From the NCBI RefSeq assembly GCF_036321535.1, contig NC_087437.1, positions 81,408,001-81,472,000 of the forward strand: a stretch of 64,000 bases of DNA, written 5' to 3'. Positions within the stretch are counted from its first letter, which is position 1. Each line of letters begins with the position of its first letter. The DNA is from Camelus dromedarius. Lineage: Eukaryota. Positions 1-13,262 of the stretch are shown here, one piece after another. The notes beneath the pieces were generated by a model. The model was not told the origin of the DNA and made no database searches. It saw only the letters and a list, made by a program, of their open reading frames with translations. Both the position numbers and the translations under genes were made by a program.

Positions 1-1320
1 CTAGATAATCAGATTCATTAGACTAAATTATATTTACTGTTATCTTGTAATTTTTAAAACTCTATTATTTCTAGATATAACCTTCTATGATATTTATATA
101 TGTTCTCTCTCTTTTCTTGATCAAATTTGTCAGAAGCTTGTCTATTTCACAGTCTTTTCATGGAATCAATTTGTTATTTTGTTGATAAAGCCCAGCATTT
201 GTTAATTTCTATTTTTATTAATTTCTGCCTTGTTATTTATTAACTCCTTCCCTCTGGATTTCTTTACATTTATCTTATCTTTTATGCTTCTTTAGCTGAG
301 TGATTATTTTTTAACATTTTCTTTTATTATCTAATAAACTTATCACAGAGCATACATTTTCCTTTAAATACATCTTTGCCTACATTGGTTTTGACCTATG
401 GAGTTCTCACTGTAAGTAATTTTCAAGTAATTTGTACTCTGCACTTTAATTTCCTTTCTAACAATGGTGTTTTAAAATTTGTAACTGGATAACATTTTGG
501 CTATTCTTTTGTGGTACACTTCTAGTTTTATTGCATTATGGTCATGAACTATGTCCTGTGTAACTTTTATTTTAGAAAACATAAGTTTTTCTATGTGGCC
601 TATTAAATGGTCAGTTTTTGAAGCACTCCATGGATATTTGAAAATTATTTTTATTATCTATTGTCTGTCTACAAACAAAATTACACACACACACACACAT
701 ATATAAAGGTCAAGTTTAGTATTTTATTTTTTTTTTGTCTACTTGATCTTCAATTTCTGGTATAGCTGCATTAAACTCTTTCCCTATAATACTGGTTTGG
801 TCAGCAAACCCCTGTATTTCCAATAATTGTTGCTTATGCATTTCAATAGTGTCTTTTTAGGGGAAGAAAGAATTAGAGTATAGATAATTTTGGAGGCTTT
901 TTAAACTCAACATAAAAACATGTTCCTTTCCATCTACTCTGAGTCTTTGTCTCTCAACAGTGTTACTTTAACCTATTTGACTATATTAATAGTTTATATA
1001 AAACAAAAAATTAAATCCCTATCTTTCATCAAACACAAACATAAATTTTAGGTGAACTGAAGACCTAAATGTAAACACAAACACTAAAAGCTTTCAGAAG
1101 AAAATATAAGAGACTATTATTGTGACTTTAGTATAGCAAAGAATGTTTTTTAAGTACCAATTATAGATGAAAAGATCGATACCTGGACTGCATTATAAAT
1201 TAAAACTTGAGCACGACAAAACATATGAAACACCAAGCAAACAACAGCTATACACTGGAGGGAAGATATCTGCAACTTACATAACTAATAAGGAATCACT
1301 AACCAATTAGAATATATAAC
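1..1320. mobile_element. Old L1 (L1M-type) fragments: minus strand about 1-850, plus strand about 990-1320
   Basis: Degenerate ORF2-like phrases (tcagtttttgaag..ctccatg; gacctaaatgtaaa..ctttcagaagaaaatata). Confidence 0.6.
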
Positions 1321-2256
1321 CAATGAGAATTTTAAATTTAGTCTCTCTAAAATATGTACTTTCTAGCATTGGATATTTTTATTTGGGGAGAGAATAAAAG
1401 TAAATGTATGGGTTTGGTTTTATTACAGTCAAATTAATTAGTCAATTTTTTTTAGACTCTGAAAAGCACAAACATTTCAAGTTAGACATAAGAATTTCCG
1501 AAGGGCCATATGCAAGATGACTAGGAGCTCATGGTGGACACCAGACTAGGGGAGAGAACTGAAAATTGGTACTGCTAGATGATGACTGTGCCAATTATAT
1601 AAAATATCCCAAGGACAGATCTATAGGGTAAATTTGAGCCTGTGAGTACCATACCACTAGTAAAAATGGGCAAAAATGTGACTACATATTTTTAAGGTAT
1701 TTTGAAGTTTAAAACTGAACCACTTTACTAGCTAGATTTTTGTTAGAAGACAGATTTATGTACACAGTCACAGCATTTCAATTCTGCTACCCTCCAAAGG
1801 GTTTTTGAAAAGAAGGAAAGGGGGTAAAAAACAAAGAAATCATCTCTATGTCCTAGAACAGTAGAGGTGAGATTACCATAATTTGTCAGAGATCAAACGT
1901 ACTCAACCACAAATTAATCAGTGTGAAACTAAGTGAACATTACTTCTCCCTTAATGGATTCTAAGTTATTAACTCCATGAATTTGAGTGCATTTCTTAAT
2001 GTCACATAGTTTGAGACCTACTTTTCGAGGTGTTGAGCAAGATCTGAAGTTCGGTCTGTTCATTCAGATTTAGTTTGTCCACGTTTGTATTTAGAAGTAT
2101 GTTACCAGAAACCAGAGAATTGCTAGTTCCTATGAGAAGGAAAAAAGTAGAATTTTATAAAAGTCTACATTTTCATCACTAGAATAGAGCATTTTATTCA
2201 CAGTTGGTAGCAGAATGCTCTCTGCTATTACAGGAATGGGAAACAAGATAGCTCAC

Positions 2257-2399
2257 CTTTCAGCACAGTGAAGAGAACACCTGCAGGCCCCGCAGCACCT
2301 TGTGAAGAGAAATTAACAGATTGCACTGCTATATTAGGTTGCACCACTGATGTGGTGCTTCCCAAAGACACGGAATACATCTCCATTTGCTCAACAAGC
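2257..2399 (-). CDS. ADGRG7: ADGRG7 exon 7
   Basis: Acceptor ctatgcag|G; LVEQMEMYSVSLGSTTSVVQPNIAVQSVNFSSQGAAGPAGVLFTVLK; donor AAAG|GTGAGC. Confidence 0.95.
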
Positions 2400-3869
2400 C
2401 TGCATAGAATAAAACACAACAAAATATTCTAGAGATCCGTCATAAAACTGGTTGTGTGTGTTTCACGTTCCAGTAGAAAGGCATGACCACAGAACTTGTG
2501 CAATCACAACAACATTGGCACAATCCCCTGAAAAGAACTGATTTTCTTTTCTAGAGTCTTGTTTTGTTATATGCTCCTTTTTCTTAAGTTCTGATGGACT
2601 GTCCCCACTGAAGGGTACCTTGGACATAGATGCTAGAAAGCTGGAGTTCAAGAATGACAGATTTCCCAATGGGAATAGTCTTTATTACACTATTCTTCCC
2701 ACAAAAGGATGACGTTGCCACCCACCATTGGCCAGGCATATGATTCTTATTTCTCCAGTGGTGAGACTCAATTTCCACTTCATCAACTCCCTCCTCTCAC
2801 CCAAACCCCTTGGGTTCCCAAGCATCTCCTGTAAGTTCATACGGAACTATGGGAGAGCAGAGCTCTGAGCTACGCTGCAGGTTTTCATAGCATTACTTTC
2901 TACTCTGGATAAGTTCAAAGATATATCAGATGGAAGACAGGGACTGGGGGCAAGGTCTGTTAATTTGGTGTTCTCCAAAGATGAGTCCTAAGACTGTTTC
3001 TTTTTCTTGTTTCCCATAAAAAAAAATTGTACTCTTTCTGTACTTGACATAACAAAATATCTCTATGATAACTGGTTCAATCTAGTTTTCCCAGAAATGA
3101 AAGAATTTCATTAAAATGTAATGGTTTTTATTATGCCTTTTTGCTTCATCTCTTTTAAGAAATAGATGTTACAGTCTAATTGAAGCCCCCTTTGTAATCT
3201 TTCTGATCTCATCTTACTCCCTCCCCAAAGCGCAGATAGTTTTCAAGAAGAAAATGAGAGCTACTGAGTCATCACATTGGGATTATTATTATGCCTGGTT
3301 TTCGCTTCATGTGAAATATAATAAAGCTCTGTTCAACAACTAAAAAAAAAGTGATTGTTCTTTATTCTAAATCTTTATTTCTGCCACTAAAATATCTTTT
3401 TCCTTTCCCAAGGGAGATTTTTTTAAAGAGCTATATTTTAAAATAAAGATCACTTCATATATGTGATGGTAATTCATATGGAAACAGTCAAGTCAGCTTC
3501 TCTATTTCAAAGGTTTTCCTTTGAAAAGGTTTTCAGAACATCATTTTCTGTAATTTTCAGCAATTCATACTTTGTATTTCCCACTTAATGAATAACAATC
3601 ATACTCTAGAGCTGCTTTCAACAGGAGGAATACCTAACAAAACTCCAATCTGCTAACAACACAATTCATGCATTCATTCAACCAACAGTATCTGTTGAGC
3701 ACCTACTAAGAGGTCAGTACCCGTGAAACACTGAGGATACTAAGGGGAGCTCCCTCAGACACTTGAAGGCTAAAGACCTGCTAGATATATGGGGGTGTTT
3801 GCCACTTTTAAAGGGTTGCTCTAGCCACAGTCACTTCTAAGGCCATTTTTCCTTCCTCCTTTTATCATA

Positions 3870-4509
3870 CTTGATTAGATCACAGGCGCATGCCTGTCTC
3901 TGAGTTCCCAATCTGGAGGCCAGAAATGTAAATAAATCCTTTTGAAAACAAGACTGGCATTTTGCCAGGTTTTTGACCTAGAAATGTCTTTCTCAAGGAC
4001 CTGGGAACCATCTCTTTGAAATGGAAACACCAAGAGAGTTAGCGCCCCTATGGCCCACTTTCCGCAGGAGGGTAGGAGCTTAATTAACTTCGGTGGGTGG
4101 GCACCTTGCTCCAAGTTGCAAAACTACCCCTTTCCTTTCATAAAGATATGAGAGTTTGTTTTCCCTCTGGTAAAGTCAATTAGCTAACACAAATGGCCAC
4201 CTCAATTACCAGGTTAACATAGGATAAACTATGTATTATAAGTAGAGCTGTCAAGCTCTCTTAATTAAGGACTAGTTATTGTCTATCTGAGAACATGTTT
4301 GTAATGAGTTGCATCTGCTTGGCTACATAAAGAGATCAGACTCCTCTCTGTCTTTGCAGGCGCTCAGGGGTTTGCCTGTGATGCGTGTCACATTTAATGC
4401 CTTTAATGGTTTAATGCCTACCCAATCAGTGTTTTCTTTCTCTACTGTCTTTGTAGGGAGCATTTCTGGGTTGAGAGAAGATTTTGTTTTTAAGTATGTC
4501 TCCCCAATA
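3870..4509 (+). mobile_element. ERV1 solo LTR, MER34-like
   Basis: Recognised motifs tttctcaaggacctggga..catctctttgaaatg and a 3' end tccccaata; left boundary approximate. Confidence 0.65.
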
Positions 4510-5691
4510 TCATGATCAGCCTTAAATTATGAGAGAGCAGAAACTGTAAGTCAAGATGAGACATACATGTTTATTGAGTCATGTTAATGATGAAGACAAC
4601 TGCTAACCTCCTTTTTCAGGACTTACTACGGATAAGTCAGATACTATGACAGTGGTATGTATGATCTCATTTGAGCATCACAAGAATCCCACTGAAGTGA
4701 GTCCCCAAACTGCTCCCATATTACATGGAAGAAACTGAGGCTCTTCAGAGAGATATGAAGTAATTTGGTTGCTGCATGTAGCCACTAAACAACAATGCTA
4801 AGGTTTGAACCCAGAACTGACTCCAACAGCCACAACCGTTACATTATCCCAGAGGGGACCCACAAACTGCTCTACTGAGACCTTCAAAGCTGCCTTGGAT
4901 GCCCCACTACACCCCTGCTCCAGGGTCCATGGGGCCCACCTGTATTACGATCCTGTTCTTAGGTTCCCATGAGACTTCATATGCCTCTTTACAATAAATC
5001 CCTTTTGGTTAAGGTAACTTAAGTGGGTGTAGTGTAAGCAAAGAAACATGCTGGAACAGAAATGCAAAAGAAATATGCAAGGTAGATGCACAAGGTGGCC
5101 AGTCCTAGGGAAGCAGTTTAAGTATAAATATAAAAGCAAAAGTAATCTACAACATAGGAATCGAAAAGAAAGAAAGCAGGTAGAATTGAATCCTTGTTTA
5201 TTTGTTTTCTTTTAATGTAGCCTTGGGAAAGCTAAAGAAAGCTTAATCAAAATATACCAAGATCTCAGTAAGTGCTGAGCTGGGCGAGAATGGATGGGGG
5301 TCGGGTTGGGGGGTGGGGGCTGTCAACGTGTTTTGCAAAGTTATGCTGTTATTTGCAGCTCCATGCACTGAATCAGGAGTTGGAAGGGCTCCCACTGTGC
5401 ATGCAGTTGTCCCCGGGCCATGACAAACTAAGGCTGGGAAAACAAGACCTACTCTAAATCATCCCAGTTATGCTCTATCTCCCAGGCCACGGCCACCCCT
5501 GGAATGAGGAGTTAACATTTATCACTCCATCTAGTAACTGAAGATCACCAAGGCTTTAGTCTGCATTTCAGAGGAGTCAGACATTTAGTGCATCCATGAG
5601 AGAAATAAAGACACCTCTCCATTAACGCTTTAACCTAGGAAAGGAAACAGCACTCTGTTCGGTTTTCTTTCCAAATTGGAAGTGGGCTTAC

Positions 5692-5792
5692 GTTGCAAAG
5701 GAATCTTCATTATCATCAGCAGCAGCTCTTTGAAAAACATCTTCACTGGCATCTAGAATTTGACTCACTGTTGTTACAGCAACTATTTTTGC
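5692..5792 (-). CDS. ADGRG7: ADGRG7 exon 6
   Basis: Acceptor tctggcag|GCA; AKIVAVTTVSQILDASEDVFQRAAADDNEDSFA(T); donor AC|GTAAGC. Confidence 0.95.
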
Positions 5793-7119
5793 CTGCCAGA
5801 AGAAGGCACCGATCAGAGAAGACACGTATCATCATCATCATTCCCATAGTTATCATGCATTATTATGGCATCAAGTAGCACCATTGTACGGTAATCTGGA
5901 GGTGTTTGTCAAAACCAAAGGCTTAGTTTTTAACCCACGTAAGATGGCAGAGAGAATAAAGATGCAGCACAGTGAATGAGTCAACTAGGAGGCTTGGGTC
6001 TCTGAATTTGACCTCACAGCAAAGTCTTTTGCAGAACCTTCCCCCTACCCCAGCCCCAAGAACACAAAAGCAGATGCTGAGATACAGAAGCAGAAACAAA
6101 ATAAGAAGAGCACAGGGCTCTTCAAACCATTACAGTCCGCAGTGCTCAGTGAAACGTATTAGTTAGACTTAGTGTAACTATTATATTTAGTACCTTTTAG
6201 ACTTAGTAAAATTATTTCTAGTTTTCTTGTAATTAAAAATTTAGGAGTACATCAGAGAGGATCTCTTGGCATTTGATTACAGTTTAACTGCCTTCTTTTG
6301 GAGGTACTGATACCCTTCTGTCCTTACAGGCTAACCCTTCCAAAAATTCTACATTTGGCAGTCATTATTTTTCTTTCAATTCCATTTTTATTAACTTGTG
6401 ATTTGAATCCCACTTTCTTTCTATAGGACCTAGGATAACAAAAATAATTTTTTTAAATAAGACTTTTAAAGGGAATAGAAGAAAGGAGTAGATAGTTTCA
6501 GGCCATGCTGATACCCAGCTAGGAGACACTGGGTCATTCTATAGGTGGTTTACAGCCCTGCTAGATCAGTACCCAAGCTGTGCCAATTGGTAAATGCTGA
6601 CTGTAGTTTTTATTTTCAGGTACCAGAGTTTAACAAGTTATGGTATCAGAACTGTAAAGTACAGTTAATGTTTTTGGAAAGCCAAAACCAAAATGCAAAT
6701 ATGTTTAGCAGAAGGATCACAGTTTAAAATAGTGTGTTCCAAAGTGAGTTCCTTAGAACTCTAGTTACTTGGAGTTGAGTAGTGATTGTTGAGGTCAATT
6801 GCAGTTGGTAAACATTAATAAAGTGAAATAGACTTGTTCAGAAGATTTAGCTTTCCAGAAGCCTTAACAGATCGATTTTCCAAAACACTTTAACCTCCCA
6901 GAAGATTTAACTTAATGATGATCATTGTAACTATCCTGAAAGAGAGTAGTTGGACAAGGAGCCCTTTTATATTTCTTTGAGTATCTCTCAGAAAGAGTGC
7001 TCTGCAAGATGGTTTTAAGCAACCTAAACCATGCCCAAGTCCATACTGTGGAATAAGCACTGGAGGTGGAATGTCTTTCTTTCTTCCCCTCCCCTTTTTT
7101 AAAACCATGTGAGTTTTAC

Positions 7120-7269
7120 CTCAGGTATAGCATTTCTGGATGCATTAAAAATCTGTCCGGCCACTCTAGTAGCAGAAGTGATGTTCTCAGGAGTTAATTT
7201 ACTGGCATCAGATGTTAAAATCTGGGTTTCATCAGAAATATTTTGCGATTGTGTTGCAATGTTGACTAC
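7120..7269 (-). CDS. ADGRG7: ADGRG7 exon 5 (GAIN-domain region)
   Basis: Acceptor ttttaacag|GTA; VVNIATQSQNISDETQILTSDASKLTPENITSATRVAGQIFNASRNAIPE; donor GAG|GTAAAA. Confidence 0.95.
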
Positions 7270-7498
7270 CTGTTAAAAAAACAAAAAGCCCTAACTTTAT
7301 ACAACTAGGTCTTAACACTTTGCAAGCAACTTCAGATGAATAAACTGGAATTTAGGTGATCCTCCATCTCCTGAACATCACGTGCACTGGGTTTTTCAAA
7401 TTTGCTTCTTTTCTTGCATAAAGGACAAAGTACATGCAGGCCAGTGGCTTCCCAGCCCTTACTACCTGTCAGAATTAAGACAGGCTGTCTTAGCTAGA

Positions 7499-7785
7499 CC
7501 ACTGCTCCTCAAGGTGTGATCCGTGGACCAGTGATGGCCAACTATTGGTTACAGGTTCCACAGGGAGATAAGTACAGAACCTGAGAGAAAGTGGTCTGAA
7601 ACTTACATTAACAATTCTATGCTGTTTCATCTGATAACTTTTAAAACTGGATTTGCATTTTATATGTTACTTTTCATTTCATTTTCCTAGTAATTCATTT
7701 TTATGTATTTTGCAAAATTATGGTCTGCAATGGGTTGGAAATTTTTCAGTTGGCTTTTCAGCACAGAGAATTTGGGAAGCACGGA
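7499..7785 (+). mobile_element. hAT-Charlie DNA transposon remnant (Charlie4-like)
   Basis: ctcaaggtgtgatccgtggacc..gagataagtacagaa..tttgggaagcac termini resemble the family consensus. Confidence 0.55.
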
Positions 7786-8774
7786 CTTAGCAAACTTTTC
7801 CAAGTACCACTTGGTCTCCCGGGCTCTGGGTAGTAAGGCTAAAACACATTAATCCACATTGTCTTCAGTGGAGCCAAGGGTCAATGTGTGTGTGTCTGTG
7901 TGGCTTAGTTTTCACTAGGTGGCAGCATCACTTCAAAAATCAAAGTCACAGGCTAATCATGCCCAGAGAAGTGTCACAAGCAATATCCAATCAGTAGATA
8001 GAAACAACATTCTCATTCAACAGCCATGTGTTAGGCACTTTGCTGGATGTTTTATAGGTGTTATCAAATCTTATACATGCATTCAGTAAGTGCTCAATAA
8101 TTAGTGTGATTAGCTGTATTATCTATAATATGGGAAGAAACATCTAAGTCACAGAAATTGTACAAGGACTAAATGGGATAACATATGTAACTGGCACCCA
8201 GAAGGACCACAGAAAGATAAATTTCCTTCTCCTCCCTTTCCTTGGCCCCAGGTATTAGTAATTCCTCGCATTTGCATTTGGGGATATCCTTAGTCACAAT
8301 AATTTAATTGGCATGAAAACATATTTAGTTAGATGTATTTCCCTTCATCTGCTTGTGGATACAGTTCTGAGACCAGCATCAGACTCTAGACTTTCCTGTG
8401 ACAAAAGATCTGTGGTCATAGTTTGTTTCTCTTTATTCTGATACAGTAGACTATCAGAATCCCTTCCTTTTGGTCTCAAATGTCAAGGACCTATTTTCCA
8501 TCAAAACTTCAGTGGTCTACAAATATGAGGCCATTTAAAATATGCTATAGATTATCATTTGCTGAACTTTGCTGAACCAACATGTCCAGCTGTCCCTTTT
8601 CACAAACAGGTATCAGCTTAAAAAAATAAGAATGGTTTTAGTTACTACTTCTTGTTATTTCTAATTGGAGAGTTTTTAAAGCATTAATTTGACCATCAGA
8701 TATCTAAAGAACAGAGAACCCGTACAGAGTCTGAACTTTTTCCCCTTATCCATCTCACGGACCATACGGCATAC

Positions 8775-8887
8775 CTGATTTTCCAGAGTTTTCAGATTTA
8801 CATTGCAATTTCCTATTGTCACATTTTGTAATTCTATCTCTCCGTATTCATTAAGACTGCACAGCCGGGTTGCCATTGGATTGCCCG
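8775..8887 (-). CDS. ADGRG7: ADGRG7 exon 4
   Basis: Acceptor ttattaaag|CG; (A)GNPMATRLCSLNEYGEIELQNVTIGNCNVNLKTLENQ; donor CAG|GTATGC. Confidence 0.96.
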
Positions 8888-8903
8888 CTTTAATAAAAAG
8901 AAG

Positions 8904-9170
8904 AAGGGCAGAGGGATAAATTAGGTGTATGGGACTAACAGATACATATATACACATGTATAAACATATATACATATATAAGGTAAACAACAAGCACCTT
9001 CTGTATAGCACAGGGAACTATATTCAGTATCTTGTAATAAGCTATAATAGAAAGGAATCCAAAAAAGCATATACATAAATATATATACATATATATATAA
9101 CCAAATCATTTTGCTGTACACCTGAAACTAACACAGTATTGTGAACCAATTATGTTTCAATTTAAAAAAA
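8904..9170 (+). mobile_element. 5'-truncated cetartiodactyl/camelid L1 3' UTR abutting the ADGRG7 exon 4 acceptor
   Basis: gagggataaattagg..ctgtatagcacagggaactatattca..tgctgtacacctgaaactaacac..tttcaat plus A tail. Confidence 0.85.
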
Positions 9171-9249
9171 AGGAAAAAACAAAGACAATGTTTGCAAAGA
9201 TGGGCACAGAAACCACCCGCTCCAGTACACATAAGCCTTTCTCAGTATT

Positions 9250-9720
9250 ATTTTACTTTACTCCTTAAATGTACATTATTCCCTTAAAATGTTATTTTAC
9301 ATTTACTCCTACCATCAAGAGATGAAGTATATTCCTTCACTTCCTGAATTTAGGCTGTCCTTACAACTTGCTCTGACCAACAAAATGTGGCAGAAATGAC
9401 ACTGTATGAGTTTCAAAACCTAGATCCTCAAGAAGACTTGAAATTTTGGCTTTCACCCTCTTTGAACACCATCCTGAGACCATCATATAAGGAAGCAGGT
9501 CTAATCTACTAGAGGATGAGAGGCCACGTGGAGGAGAATTGAAGCCCTCCAGCCAACAGCCAGCACCAGTGCCGCATGTGAGTGAGGTCGTCTTGGACCT
9601 TCCAGCACAGTCCAGCTGCCACAGTCAACCCACAGGACTATGAGAAATCAAAATCTTTACTGTTTTAAGCCAGTAGGTTTGGAGTGATTTGATACAAAGC
9701 AATGGAAAAGTAAATCAGAC
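9250..9720 (+). mobile_element. MaLR LTR (MLT1 family)
   Basis: acttgctctgaccaacaaaatgtggcagaa..agccaacagccagcacc..tgttttaagcca motifs. Confidence 0.7.
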
Positions 9721-11956
9721 AGTTACTACAAGAATATTTTAGGCAGACACCACCTGTCTTGATTTTTAAATCTGGAATTCAAAAGACCAGCTGACTATTT
9801 CCTTCCTTTGAAGTCTGCAAGGAAGGTTTGCCTTCCAACAACTTGGGATGTAAGGACTTTGACCTGGATGCAGTGGTGGATACTAGGCTGAGAGACCAGA
9901 AACAACACAAAAAATTCCTACTAGATATTGAATTACATGTTGATGTTTCCTTCTTTATCCAAATCTTGGCAACATGTGAAAGGCAAAGAGTTCTAGTGTA
10001 TTGCAGCATCCACTCAGTATGTGGTTGGCTCTTAATAAACCCTTGTTGAATCATTGGGTTTGTTTCCTAGGATTATCACCTGAGCCTCCCTACCTCGATG
10101 TCCTCCTATGGTTAATACTTAAGGGACTGTTAATAGATAAAATCACCTTCAGCTGTCATTAGCAGGACAGCTGATCAGTAGGTGAACTTTCCTCAGGACC
10201 AGCATTGGGTAGCTGCTTCACGGGGCAACAACTAGAAACACTGAAACCAGAGATTGCTTCCACAACATGTAAAGTAGAAGGTTACAGTCACTCTTATACG
10301 ATGGCTTCACCTCTACTCTATGGCATAATGAAAATTTCAAACATATATGTAGGATGTTATTTTTTTATGTGGCCATAGTTCAAATGCATCTTTTCCTCTA
10401 TATTAACAAGTATGAACCTGCCTACTTAAAATCGTTGAAAAGTATTTTGGTCATTTGCTATATAAAACCAAATTGTTAGAAGTAATTATTAACATAAAAC
10501 TAAAAGCAAATCTGCTGATATTTGGAATCTATATATTTTATGGGCTCAATCTGAAATTCAAATTTATGTATAAGACACATTTTCATAATAGTTACTCAGA
10601 AAAGAAAAATAAACAACCAAATGAAAGTGATTCTCTTGTCCCAAAAAAGTAACATATATCAAGCAAGTATGATGTCCTTTGATGGGTATATTACTGGTTC
10701 CTGAGTCAGTAGCACACAGTAACTTTCTATTTTGTAAAGTATGATGAAATATTTAAAACATATAAAACATATAAAAATTAAGACAACAGCTATCTATGGA
10801 CATACCACACAGTGTAGGGAGGAAGTACCAATAGAGATGAAGCCCCCCTTTTACCTCCTGAGCTTTTATGAAGAGGCTGGAAGGACCTACGTAAAAGTAG
10901 AACCAGGAATACTTAAGTAAGCGTGATATATGCGAGCAGAGGCAATTTAGACTCTGCAAATGGAATGCTGGTCCAAATAACCTCAGAATAAATAAGGTAA
11001 AGAAGAAACAGCAGTACATGTAATTTATTTACTGTTTCAAAGAACCCCTGACACACACAGAAATAAATACCTCAATAAAACATTTCCCCAGGGTCATGCT
11101 GACAGAAGTTCTGTCAAACACTTGTATAAATGACCTAGAATTAGCTGTGCTGTTGAGCTATCTGGTTCTGCAGGGAGTGGATGATGACCCGCAGGAAGAC
11201 GTGAGAGGTAGGAGGATTGGTCAGATGAAAGTCAATGCAAACAAAGAATTGCTAAAACATTTAGGGAAAAATCATATGGCATCATGGGCTCTAAGCTGTC
11301 AGGAAAGGGATCCATGAATTTAAAGGGGTACTCTCAGAAGACATTATTCAGTCTGGCATTAAAATCATACATGTCATCAAAATCCTGGATATCATCAGGG
11401 AGCATATTAGTATCAGAAAATTGCATTTGCTCCTTTATTCTCGGAAAGCCTCTATGCAAGCAAAGTTGTCATGTTTCAGGAAAGGTATGATGAGCTGAGA
11501 CTGTTCCAAGATAGATAACTAAAATGATCAAAGAGATGAAGGGCTACTGACTGTGCACAGACTTAACTGCATCTCCACTGAGGATGAAGTCTCAAAGTAG
11601 ATATGGGGTAAACCTACAGTTTTGCTAATCTTTAAAATTGAGATAAATTACATACCTCAAAGAGCAGATCTTAACCTGATCAAACCCCAGAAGATAAAGT
11701 AAGACAAACCAATTGAAGAAGAATTCAAAGGAATTTACTACTGATTTATATATTTCAGTTTTTAGGAAAATTGGAATTATGTGAGGTAACACCCAAAACT
11801 CTGAACATCACCATCCTGAAAGGGAGCCAAGCCCTTCCACAAAATCTTCCTTGATGCCTCCTCTAGGGACCTAACACTAGCTGGAGGGATGATAGGAATG
11901 ACCCAGCACAGCAATTCACATGCCTAAATAGAGGAGATGTTTGGAAAAACACATAC

Positions 11957-12061
11957 CATTTACAGTGCTCGTGTCACACGTTTGCAAGGAAAATCCGTAT
12001 CTTCCCACAGGGATTCTGCCAAAAGTAAAACTCCCATAGGTACTGTTTTCACAGAAATTAA
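11957..12061 (-). CDS. ADGRG7: ADGRG7 exon 3
   Basis: Acceptor ctgttatag|TT; (I)NFCENSTYGSFTFGRIPVGRYGFSLQTCDTSTVN; donor G|GTATGT. Confidence 0.96.
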
Positions 12062-13148
12062 CTATAACAGAAAGAAAAAATGCTTTTCATCATAAATTCA
12101 TCATTAATCAAAATTTTTTCATTATAAATTTTCATCACTTTTCTTTTACAAATTTCAAACCAGATAAAAGTCAAAGTTCCAAACTTATCCAGCATAACTT
12201 GAAAGGTAATAGAAAGCTTAAAGGACTCACTGACAAGCCAGGAACTACATACTTTCTTATATAGTTAAGTTACTACCATTTCAATAACTAGTATGTTAGA
12301 TAACAAGTTTCAAATAACATGCGCACAATGTAGAACTTAGTAGAGGTGGGATGTGATCACTAATGCATCAGAAAGGATAAGGGCTCAGATTAGTTGAAAT
12401 CTTGAAAATTAAAGATAAAGAGCCTACAGTGGCAAAAGGCAGCATGATGATGTGGGTTAAAGCAAAAAGCCAGTCACGGGGTATATGGGAGACACTGGCT
12501 GGTCAGAGTGTAGGAAATTATAGGGGCGAGTTTCTAGGGCTCTGAATCCTAAGCAGGCAGCAGGAGGCGTGTAGTGTGTTGCGGAGCACACTGCAGATCA
12601 AGAAGCGGCTTTGAACACTGATTCTGAGATACCACTGACTGAAGTCAAACCACTTTAATAACATCTCTTCAAGAGAAAGAAACCACTAATTTAATAACGT
12701 TTCTTCAAGAGAAAGAAAAGACAAGAATTTCATCTAAGCATATACTTGAATAGAAAAATGCATCTTGATTTCAGAAAAGTTAAACATGTTAGAATAGTGA
12801 CATTTGAAGTGGGGTAATACAGCATATCACCAACTGAAAGGACCTGAGGAAATCATATTATCCATTGCCCTGTAGCAGACACTGCAGCCAGAAGGAAAAG
12901 CAACTATGAGTTTACAGAGAAACTTGACAGATGTTAAAGAGACAAAATGTGTTGAACATACAGGTAAACAGCACAAGAAGGAAAACTCAGCTTTTACTAT
13001 GGAGCTAATAAACATATCTTAAATCCATCATCATTATGCCCATTGTTACTATAATCATTAATGGAAGTTTCAAAAAGCTTTGCTGCTGTCCTTATTAACA
13101 CGGAAGTCACCTAAACCTCGAACCCTCGTATTATCCCAAGTAACTTAC

Positions 13149-13262
13149 TCATTGTACATCTCAGTCCTTTCCAGTCTTCTGGACAAATGCATCTGCCATT
13201 TTCCCAGGTTCCACCATTTCTGCAGAATTCTATAGGGATGCTTGTTTGAGTGGTGAGTGTTT
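13149..13262 (-). CDS. ADGRG7: ADGRG7 exon 2 (EGF-like Cys motif)
   Basis: Acceptor ttttttag|AA; (E)TLTTQTSIPIEFCRNGGTWENGRCICPEDWKGLRCTM; donor A|GTAAGT. Confidence 0.96.

Noticed and set aside
12647..12718. Two-copy repeat of about 36 bp (another of about 27 bp at 60052-60106), superficially array-like
   Set aside because: Only two adjacent copies with no spacers; ordinary slippage duplications in eukaryotic DNA, not CRISPR.
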